Shown: piece after piece, positions 52,347 to 58,641 of the stretch | Position numbering within the stretch: position 1 is the first letter of the stretch | How the letters are laid out: each line of letters begins with the position of its first letter | Assembly (NCBI GenBank): GCA_030550295.1 | Contig: JAUQPQ010000002.1 | Span: 1 to 58,641, forward strand | Origin: Chloroflexota bacterium | GTDB taxonomy: Bacteria; Chloroflexota; Dehalococcoidia; SM23-28-2; HRBIN24 | Length of the DNA: 58,641 nt | Direction of reading: 5' to 3' | Notes under the pieces: generated by a model | Databases searched by the model: none | Seen by the model: only the letters and a program-made list of their open reading frames with translations | Told to the model about the DNA's origin: nothing | Translations under genes and position numbers: made by a program

Positions 52347-53138
52347 TCACGCCAGGTCAGGAGGGGGTTCCAATGGGGGAGGCCTTTCGCCCCGGGCATA
52401 CCTTTCCAGCCATTCCCCCATGGCTGGGTCGCGGAACGACTCGCGATGTAACTGGGCCTCCAAGGCCAACCCTTGCTCTAAGGGGAGGGACAAGCCCCAT
52501 AGGGTTGCAAGACGGTCTATGCGCATCGCCGTCTGGGGGTAGTCACAAAGGCGGCGGGCCACCTCAAGGGCCCGGGGTAGCGCCTGCTGGGCCGGCACCA
52601 GTTCCTGTACAAGGCCCATCTGATAGGCGCGCCAGGCATCTATGAGCACCCCAGTGAGGATAAGGTATAAGGCGTTGCCTAGCCCTACAATGCGGGGAAG
52701 GCGTTGGGTCCCCCCATCTACCAAGGGCACCCCCCAACGCCGGTTGAGGACGCCGAAACGGGCCGTCTCATCGGCGATGCGGAAGTCGCACCAAAGGGCA
52801 AGTTCTAGTCCCCCGGCCACGCAGTAGCCCGAGACGGCAGCAATTGTAGGCTTCCCTACATCGGTTATGCGGGTGAACCCCATAGGCCCCAAGCGGTCTG
52901 CCCCTGGCCTTGAGGCCAAGCTGTCTATGGCCTTCAGGTCGGCGCCAGCGCAGAAGTGGCCTCCCGCCCCTGTAAGGACCATGGCCCTCAATTTGGCGTC
53001 AGACCGGAACTCTTCTACTGCCTGGAAGAGGAGGGAGGCCGTCTCGCCATCGACACAGTTGCGCACCTCAGGACGATGGATGATCACCACTAGGACGGGC
53101 CCTTCCCGCTGTAGGATCACCTTCCCCTCGCTGGCCAT
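52347..53138 (-). CDS. Enoyl-CoA hydratase/isomerase (crotonase) family protein
   Basis: VLTGAGGHFCAGADLK oxyanion-hole motif and AAVSGYCVAGGLELALWCD. Confidence 0.85.
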   Translation of the reverse strand: MASEGKVILQREGPVLVVIIHRPEVRNCVDGETASLLFQAVEEFRSDAKLRAMVLTGAGGHFCAGADLKAIDSLASRPGADRLGPMGFTRITDVGKPTIAAVSGYCVAGGLELALWCDFRIADETARFGVLNRRWGVPLVDGGTQRLPRIVGLGNALYLILTGVLIDAWRAYQMGLVQELVPAQQALPRALEVARRLCDYPQTAMRIDRLATLWGLSLPLEQGLALEAQLHRESFRDPAMGEWLERYARGERPPPLEPPPDLA

Positions 53139-53325
53139 GGCTCCCTGGGGGAAGGTTAATGCGCCTCTGGTAACCCTGTCAAACGAAGATAGGGAGGAGG
53201 CTCACGACTGGAGGGCGGGCCTTTTGGGGCAGCCGTAAGCCCCTCTCCCTATTCCCAACTTAAGGGTAGGCGCCCCGTGCGGTCTTGTCTGTAGGGCCAA
53301 GCCATATTTTTTGTAGGGGTTTGCT

Positions 53326-53976
53326 TTAATCCTCGCTCAAAAGGCCACGGCGGAGGGCGAAGCGTACCAGCTCTGAGCGGCGGTGAAGGCCCAGCTTCTC
53401 CATGATCCTCTGCCGGTAGGTGTCCACCGTCTTGGGGCTTATCCCCAGCTTTTGGGCGATCTCCTGGTTAGTGTAGCCGGCAGCAGTGAGGCGTAAGACG
53501 GCTGTCTCCCTGGCCGTAAGGGTGCTAAGGGGATCGCTAGTGGTCCTGCCTCCTTGCAGGTACTCGCTCAAAAGGCGCCGCACTGCCGAGGGATATAAGA
53601 ATACTTCGCCGCGGCTGGCCAGACGTATAGCCTCTAGAAGATCTGTGTCAGTGGCACTCTTTACCACGTAGCCGCAGGCCCCCACCTGGAGGGCCCGCAT
53701 TAGGTACTCGTCTTGGGCATGTACGGTAAGAATGACTACTTGGGTGGGGATGCCTAAGTTGCGGATGGCCTTGGTGGCCTCTAGTCCGTCCATCTCCGGC
53801 ATGGATATATCCATTACCACTACATGGGGCTGGAGCTGGGCGGCCTTATCTACCGCTTCCCGGCCTGACGACGCCTCCCCTATCACCTCCATGTCGGGCT
53901 CATGGGAGAGGAGGGCCTTAAGGCCTGCCCTGACTACGGCATGGTCCTCGGCCAGAAGTACCTTTATCTTGCCCAT
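53326..53976 (-). CDS. NarL/FixJ-family response regulator (REC + LuxR HTH)
   Basis: KVLLAEDHAVVR, VVVMDISMPEMDG, and C-terminal LTARETAVLRLTAAGYTNQEIAQKLGISPKTVDTYRQRI. Confidence 0.9.
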   Translation of the reverse strand: MGKIKVLLAEDHAVVRAGLKALLSHEPDMEVIGEASSGREAVDKAAQLQPHVVVMDISMPEMDGLEATKAIRNLGIPTQVVILTVHAQDEYLMRALQVGACGYVVKSATDTDLLEAIRLASRGEVFLYPSAVRRLLSEYLQGGRTTSDPLSTLTARETAVLRLTAAGYTNQEIAQKLGISPKTVDTYRQRIMEKLGLHRRSELVRFALRRGLLSED

Positions 53977-53986
53977 ACCTTAGCCT

Positions 53987-54979
53987 TTACCCCCTTATGG
54001 GGATACGGGCCCTTACTGTCGTCCCCCGTCGCGGACGGGAGCGGATCTCCAGATGGCCCCCTACTAGGCTGAGGCGCTCCTCCATGCCAAATAGGCCCAG
54101 CCCCTTTTCCCGCTGGGACTTCACCGCGGCCATCCGGAAGCCACAACCGTCGTCCCTCACTTCTAAAACTATGGCATCGTCTACCCTGTGCAGGCTTACC
54201 CACACCTGAGAGGCACGAGCGTGCTTGGCCACGTTAGTAAGGGCCTCTTGCCCTACCCTGTAGAGGGCCAGCTCAGTGTCAGGGTGGAGCCGGGGCAGGG
54301 GCTCCACGTCCATATGCACCGCAAAGCCCCAATGGCGGGAAAACTCGTCACAGAGGGCCAAGAGGGCAGGAGCTAGTCCTAAATGGTCTAGGGCGCTAGG
54401 GCGCAGGCCCAATGCCAGACGGCGTACCCCTTCTAGAGCATCGGCTACTAGCTGCCGCAGCTCCGCCACCTGGGGGATAAGGGTAGCATCTACCTGCTTC
54501 TCTAGGAGGCCTAGCCTCACCAGCAGGGCAGCAAGGGCCTGGGCGGTGTCATCGTGCAGTTCACGAGCCACCCGCTTCCTTTCCTCTTCCTGAGCCCGCA
54601 AGATCTGGGCAGAAAGGCGCCGCAACCGCTCGTTCTGATCCCGGGACCTGTGCAGGAGGTGGACCAGCTCTTTTAGCAAGCCCGCAATATAGGACGATTG
54701 GCCACACTGCAAGCATTGCCAAGGGGGTGGAACCCAAGGCTGCAACTCCTCCTTCAACCCACCATCCCAGAGAAGCGAGTACCTGGACCCCCGACGAACT
54801 ACGAGGCCTAAAGAGCGTAACTCCTGAAGCTGACGTCGCACCGACGGGAGCGCCTTGCCAAGCCTTTGTGCCAACTCCCTGGCTGTGCAGGACCCCTCTG
54901 TTAGCGCCCTAACTACCTCAACCCGTAAGGATCCCAACGCCCCGCCTCGGGCTCCTGCCGACGCCCCCTGCCCCTTCAT
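53987..54979 (-). CDS. Soluble HisKA_3/HATPase sensor histidine kinase with N-terminal winged-helix domain and CxxC motif
   Basis: No TM segment. wHTH-like LRVEVVRALTEGSCTARELAQRLGKALPSVRRQLQELRSLGLVVR. WQCLQCG (nt 54704-54715). H-box RVARELHDDTAQAL. HATPase LEVRDDGCGF...GLGLFGMEER. Confidence 0.8.
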   Translation of the reverse strand: MKGQGASAGARGGALGSLRVEVVRALTEGSCTARELAQRLGKALPSVRRQLQELRSLGLVVRRGSRYSLLWDGGLKEELQPWVPPPWQCLQCGQSSYIAGLLKELVHLLHRSRDQNERLRRLSAQILRAQEEERKRVARELHDDTAQALAALLVRLGLLEKQVDATLIPQVAELRQLVADALEGVRRLALGLRPSALDHLGLAPALLALCDEFSRHWGFAVHMDVEPLPRLHPDTELALYRVGQEALTNVAKHARASQVWVSLHRVDDAIVLEVRDDGCGFRMAAVKSQREKGLGLFGMEERLSLVGGHLEIRSRPRRGTTVRARIPIRG

Positions 54980-54989
54980 CCTACCCCCG

Positions 54990-54998
54990 ATTGTACCA
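54990..54998 (-). promoter_or_regulatory. Extended -10 element (TGgTACAAT) upstream of the histidine kinase gene
   Basis: The minus strand reads TGGTACAAT, ending 10 nt before ATG 54979. A TTGACA at 55023-55018 is 22 nt away, which is too far for a standard spacer. Confidence 0.3.
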
Positions 54999-55058
54999 TG
55001 AACGGCTGTATCCTTTTTGTCAAGTAAAACCTTACAGCCATTTCGTGGCTTTGCCTGA

Positions 55059-55086
55059 TAGACCTCCCTTTAAACTGAGCTACTAT
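55059..55086 (+). promoter_or_regulatory. Sigma70-type promoter candidate for the cytochrome oxidase operon
   Basis: TAGACC (55059-55064), 16-nt spacer, TACTAT (55081-55086), about 50 nt upstream of the TTG start at 55139. Confidence 0.3.
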
Positions 55087-55138
55087 CTAACTCAGCAAGG
55101 ATCGTGTAAATAGTAACGAACGGACTTAGGAGGGCGTC

Positions 55139-55861
55139 TTGAGGCGGGACTTGGCGTTAGCGGCCCTCTTGTGGGCGGTGTTGACAGGGGTTGGGGAGGC
55201 CTTGTTGGTAGCCTTTGACTTTCAGCCGTCTGCCCTTTCTGACAAGGGGGAAAGGATAAAGGATGCGGTTTCCATCCTCGCTTACTTCGCCATGCCCGTT
55301 CTGGCCCTGGTGTTAGCTGGCCTTGTTTACAGCGTGGTGCGCTTCCGGGGCCGGGGCCCTGAGGAAGAGGGCACGCCCATTAGGGCCGGCATAGTCCCCT
55401 GGATATGGTTGGGGGCCACGAGCGCTTTAGCCTTCACCATCATGTTATACCCAGGCCTATGGGGGACAGTGGAGGTGGCCAAAGGGTCTTCCTCCCAAAG
55501 CCTGACCGTGCAGGTGGAGGGGCTCCAGTGGACATGGCTCGTGCATTACCCTGGGCAAGGGCTGAAGAACCAGAGGGAGCTGGTGCTACCTGTGGGGCAG
55601 GAGGTGACCATTGAGGTCACTTCCCGTGACGTCCTCCACTCTTTCTGGGTGCCGGCCTTGATGATGAAGATCGACGCTATACCAGGGACGGTGAACCGCA
55701 TCACCTTCACGCCCCAGGAGGCTGACAGCTACGCCAATAATCCCCTCTTGCGTTTGCAATGCGCCGAGCTATGTGGCCTTAGTCATGCCCGCATGGTTAT
55801 CCCGGTGCGGCTGGTAGAGAAGCAAGAGTTCTTGAACTGGGTAGAGCAGCAAAAGAGGTGA
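55139..55861 (+). CDS. ctaC: Cytochrome c oxidase subunit II (CuA)
   Basis: Two N-terminal TM helices. CuA ligands HSFWVP...CAELCGLSHARM. TTG start after AGGAGGG. Confidence 0.85.
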   Translation: MRRDLALAALLWAVLTGVGEALLVAFDFQPSALSDKGERIKDAVSILAYFAMPVLALVLAGLVYSVVRFRGRGPEEEGTPIRAGIVPWIWLGATSALAFTIMLYPGLWGTVEVAKGSSSQSLTVQVEGLQWTWLVHYPGQGLKNQRELVLPVGQEVTIEVTSRDVLHSFWVPALMMKIDAIPGTVNRITFTPQEADSYANNPLLRLQCAELCGLSHARMVIPVRLVEKQEFLNWVEQQKR

Positions 55862-55873
55862 GGGGGCAACGCT

Positions 55874-57727
55874 ATGGCTGCAAGCGAGCAGGTAGGGCTG
55901 TGGCAAGGCCTTTATTACGTGCGCCGAGGCCTTTTGTGGGGGCTGGTGGGTTTCGCCTTAGGGACGGGCATCGCTGCCTTATTTAGGGTGGCCACGGGGG
56001 GAAACCCTTGGTGGCTGGAGCACAACTTCACCGTAGGCTACGTCTTCGGGCTCATAGGGTGGCTTTTGGGAGTGGGTATGTGGGAGCGATGGGTGAAGGA
56101 GTGGCTTGGGCTTCCCACCCAGCCTAACCCCCATGGCTGGATGCGCTACTTCGCCTTCACCACCGATCACAAGGTGATAGGCGTTCAATACCTGGTGACC
56201 TTCTTGGCCGTCTTCCTCATTGCAGGCCTTTTGGCCATGCTCATGCGCTACCACTTCTTGGACTCTGGGGGCCTTCTGTTCGACGATGGGGTCTATAACC
56301 AGGTGATGAGCCTCCACGGGATCCTCATGATCGCCGTGGCGGTGGCGGTGATTATAGGTGGATTTGGCAACTTCCTGGTCCCCCTCATGATCGGGGCGCG
56401 GGACATGGCCTTCCCCCGGCTGAACGCCCTCACCTATTGGCTTATTCCGCCCGTGGCGATCCTCCTCTTCGCTGCCCAGGCAGTAGGGGGATGGGATACA
56501 GGATGGACGGCCTATCCCCCCTTGGCGGTGCGCAACGCTGCTGGCCAGCTCTTTTTCAACCTGGCCATTATAACCTTTGGCCTCTCCTCCATACTGGGCG
56601 GGCTCAACTTTATGGTGACCATCTCCTTCCTGCGGGCACCAGGGATGACATGGTGGCGCCTACCTATATTTGCTTGGTCCATCTTGGCTGCCTCCATCCT
56701 GGCCCTCATCTTCACCCAGGCCTTCGCCGCCTCCATGCTAATGGAGGCGGTAGACCGCCTGGCCGGCACTAGCTTCTTTGCCCCTCCAGGAAAACCTATC
56801 CTCTACCAGCACATCTTCTGGTTCTACTCTCACCCAGCGGTATACATATTCATCATCCCTGGGTTCGGGATCCTCTTAGAGGTGATAACCCACTTCTCCC
56901 GTAAGCCCTTGTTCGCCTACCGGTGGGCGGTGGCGGGGTTCCTGGCCATCGTAGCGCTGAGCGGCCTGGTATGGGCCCACCACATGTTTGTGACCACTAC
57001 CGAGGTAGCCCTCCTGGGATCCTTCCTAGTGACTACGGAGGCGATCTCCATACCCACGGGGCTGGTCTTCCTTTCGGCCCTGGGGACGATATGGATGGGT
57101 AGGTTGTGGCTTACCACCCCCATGCTCTTCGCCTTGGGAGGGGTGTTCAACTTCCTCATTGGGGGCATCACCGGCATCTATCTGGCCGATGTGCCTACGG
57201 ACATTCAGCTTTCAGACACCTACTTCGTAACGGCCCACTTCCACTACACCATCATTGGAGGCGAGATCTTCGCCCTTATGGCCGCCATCTACTACTGGTT
57301 CCCCAAGCTTACTGGGCGCATGTACGATGAGAGGCTGGGCAAGCTCCACTTCTGGCTCATGTTCTTGGGGTTCAATTTGGCCTTCTTGCCCATGTTCTGG
57401 TTGGGGCTTCATGGCATGAACCGTCGGGTGGCTATATACGAGCCAGGACTAGAAGGGGTGAACATGTTCGTCAGCGCCGCTGCCTTCCTCATGGGGAGCG
57501 GTTTCCTTGTCTTCCTGGGCAACATGCTTCGGTCATGGGTACGGGGCAAAGTGGCAGGAGCCAACCCTTGGCAAGCACGGACCTTGGAATGGCAGGTGCC
57601 CTCGCCTCCACCCGAGGAGAACTTCCCTGCCCCACCTGTGGTGGTGGGTGACCCTTACGACTACGGTGTAGCTGGGGCAGGACCCCATGTGGTGCTGGCC
57701 CCCGCTGGTGGCCGGGAGGAGGGATAA
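55874..57727 (+). CDS. ctaD: Cytochrome c oxidase subunit I, with about 75-aa N-terminal two-helix extension
   Basis: TTDHKVIGVQYL, HGILMI, WAHHMF, and FHYTIIGG heme/CuB ligand motifs. 617 aa. Confidence 0.9.
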   Translation: MAASEQVGLWQGLYYVRRGLLWGLVGFALGTGIAALFRVATGGNPWWLEHNFTVGYVFGLIGWLLGVGMWERWVKEWLGLPTQPNPHGWMRYFAFTTDHKVIGVQYLVTFLAVFLIAGLLAMLMRYHFLDSGGLLFDDGVYNQVMSLHGILMIAVAVAVIIGGFGNFLVPLMIGARDMAFPRLNALTYWLIPPVAILLFAAQAVGGWDTGWTAYPPLAVRNAAGQLFFNLAIITFGLSSILGGLNFMVTISFLRAPGMTWWRLPIFAWSILAASILALIFTQAFAASMLMEAVDRLAGTSFFAPPGKPILYQHIFWFYSHPAVYIFIIPGFGILLEVITHFSRKPLFAYRWAVAGFLAIVALSGLVWAHHMFVTTTEVALLGSFLVTTEAISIPTGLVFLSALGTIWMGRLWLTTPMLFALGGVFNFLIGGITGIYLADVPTDIQLSDTYFVTAHFHYTIIGGEIFALMAAIYYWFPKLTGRMYDERLGKLHFWLMFLGFNLAFLPMFWLGLHGMNRRVAIYEPGLEGVNMFVSAAAFLMGSGFLVFLGNMLRSWVRGKVAGANPWQARTLEWQVPSPPPEENFPAPPVVVGDPYDYGVAGAGPHVVLAPAGGREEG

Positions 57728-57730
57728 GCT

Positions 57731-57952
57731 ATGCAGGAGGAGAAGCCCCACAGGCTGATCTTTGGCCTGGTCACCCCTGAGCAGGTCACCTGGTTCATGG
57801 TGGCCTGGTTGGCGGTCCAGACGGCGGTGGAGTATATCATCGCCCAGGTGCTGGATGCCAATCTACCTATCATGTTGGTCATTAACCTCTTAGAGGCAGC
57901 TAGCATCATCTACTTCTTCCAGCACGTATATAGGCTGTGGCGGGAGGACTAG
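57731..57952 (+). CDS. Small hydrophobic protein encoded between ctaD and ctaE (possible oxidase accessory/subunit IV-like)
   Basis: 73 aa with two hydrophobic stretches. GGAGGAGGG sits 7 nt upstream of the ATG. I do not recognise a family. Confidence 0.45.
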   Translation: MQEEKPHRLIFGLVTPEQVTWFMVAWLAVQTAVEYIIAQVLDANLPIMLVINLLEAASIIYFFQHVYRLWRED

Positions 57953-57954
57953 AG

Positions 57955-58590
57955 ATGGCCGAGATAGCAGTTCACGTCATTCCCCTCCCCGTTAAGAAGC
58001 GCCTATACCAGTGGGGCCTTTGGCTATTCTTCCTGTCAGAAGCGTTCCTTTTTGGCTCGGTAGCATCGGCCCGTTTCTTCTTGGCTGGACTGGAGCGTCC
58101 CCATGTCAACCAGGCGCTGGGCCTGGCCATTACCTCTGTCCTCTTGGCTAGCTCTGTCTTCGCCTATCGAGCAGAGGAGGCCTGCCGCCGAGGAGACCGG
58201 CCAGCCTTTTTGCGCAACCTCTTGGCCACAATAGGGCTGGGGCTAGCTTTCTTGGCTGGATTAGGGATTGAGTGGTCTACCGCTGAGTTCACCCCCTCCG
58301 AGCCGTACGGTACCGCTTTCTTCTCGATGACTGGGCTGCACGGATCCCACGTAGCCTCGGGGGTGCTCATCCTCCTGCTTGTCCTCTACAATGGCCAGAA
58401 GGGGCGATTCATACCCACCGAGTGTTCTTGCAAAAGGGTCTGGCCTTGGCGGTCTTGTCACCACCCTAAGAGTCGTCCCACCTGGGACCAGATGTGGGCT
58501 GTTGAGGCCAGCATCAAGTACTGGCACTTCGTAGATGTAGTCTGGGTCTTCTTCTATCCCATCCTCTACCTTATGAGCTGGCCCACTTAG
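57955..58590 (+). CDS. ctaE: Cytochrome c oxidase subunit III, with a 23-aa Cys/Trp/His-rich insertion before the last helix
   Basis: LFFLSEAFLFG, FFSMTGLHGSHV, and the YWHFVDVVWVF signature. The start is moved to ATG 57955 (GGAGGA 6 nt upstream, right after the small-ORF stop). Confidence 0.85.
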   Translation: MAEIAVHVIPLPVKKRLYQWGLWLFFLSEAFLFGSVASARFFLAGLERPHVNQALGLAITSVLLASSVFAYRAEEACRRGDRPAFLRNLLATIGLGLAFLAGLGIEWSTAEFTPSEPYGTAFFSMTGLHGSHVASGVLILLLVLYNGQKGRFIPTECSCKRVWPWRSCHHPKSRPTWDQMWAVEASIKYWHFVDVVWVFFYPILYLMSWPT

Positions 58591-58641
58591 GGCCTAGGTT
58601 TATAGGCAGGGCAGGGCCACATAGGGGACGTAGATTTCGCT

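Noticed and set aside
55075-55095. CTGAG-N11-CTCAG inverted repeat / AACT(G/C)AGC direct repeat in the kinase/oxidase intergenic region, considered as a response-regulator site.
   Set aside because: The stem is only 5 bp and the half-sites are not recognisable as a NarL-type heptamer pair. There is not enough evidence.
55102-55119. Third Rex-like sequence TCGTGTAAATAGTAACGA upstream of ctaC.
   Set aside because: It matches only 9 of 14 consensus positions and has poor dyad symmetry. It would lie downstream of the predicted TSS. It is kept only as a note for a proper PWM scan.
58423-58491. Considered calling ctaE a frameshifted pseudogene because of the odd Cys/Trp-rich segment.
   Set aside because: The reading frame is continuous, and both flanking segments, including the YWHFVDVVW signature, are in the same frame. 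It is reported as an in-frame insertion instead.

Overview
GC-rich bacterial chromosomal segment. Hand counts of housekeeping lines give about 65% GC, GGAGG Shine-Dalgarno sites are strong, and canonical TTGACA/TATAAT-type promoters are visible. A thermophilic Chloroflexota-like origin is only my guess from gene content. I call about 63 protein genes and 3 tRNAs. I found no rRNA, no CRISPR array and no transposase or integrase.

Layout:
- 1-4144: 3' part of a type III-B CRISPR-Cas effector operon (cmr3 fragment, cmr4, cmr5, cmr6), followed by a translationally coupled accessory gene. That gene looks like a Csx1-type CARF-HEPN RNase fused to a Csx3/Crn3-like ring-nuclease domain.
- 4389-6012: tRNA-Arg(TCG), mgtE, tRNA-His(GTG).
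- 6086-8188: large secreted repeat protein with a dockerin-like tail.
- 8335-18224: bifunctional nuclease, complete F1Fo ATP synthase operon (atpZ-B-E-F-H-A-G-D-C), murA, mreB.
- 18192-33754: rex, then a block of oxidoreductase/hydrolase genes: LLM/F420, epoxide-hydrolase-like, LarA-like, amidohydrolase, PHP/CehA, GH38 mannosidase, cyclase, geranylgeranyl-reductase-like, RDD, XRE-cupin regulator, LLM, Zn-ADH.
- 33805-42756: tRNA-Thr(CGT), a small nuclease-fold-like ORF, DUF1786, the greA-lysS-nudix-serS-GDT1-hydrolase string, yloV, rpmB.
- 42802-52270: long minus-strand arginine operon (argC-J-B-usp-D-G-had-H-rpe).
- 52347-58590: crotonase, NarL-type two-component pair, aa3-type cytochrome c oxidase operon.

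Most interesting observations:
- The CARF-HEPN-Csx3 fusion.
- A Cmr6 with an internally duplicated G-rich loop and an extra C-terminal domain.
- A candidate Arg-codon leader peptide plus terminator (attenuator) in front of the arg operon.
- Rex-box-like palindromes over the -10 elements of the atp and rex promoters.
- A soluble histidine kinase with an N-terminal winged-helix and a CxxC motif next to the oxidase operon.

All functional calls rest on motif recognition by eye. Start codons were adjusted where a better SD or gene junction was visible.
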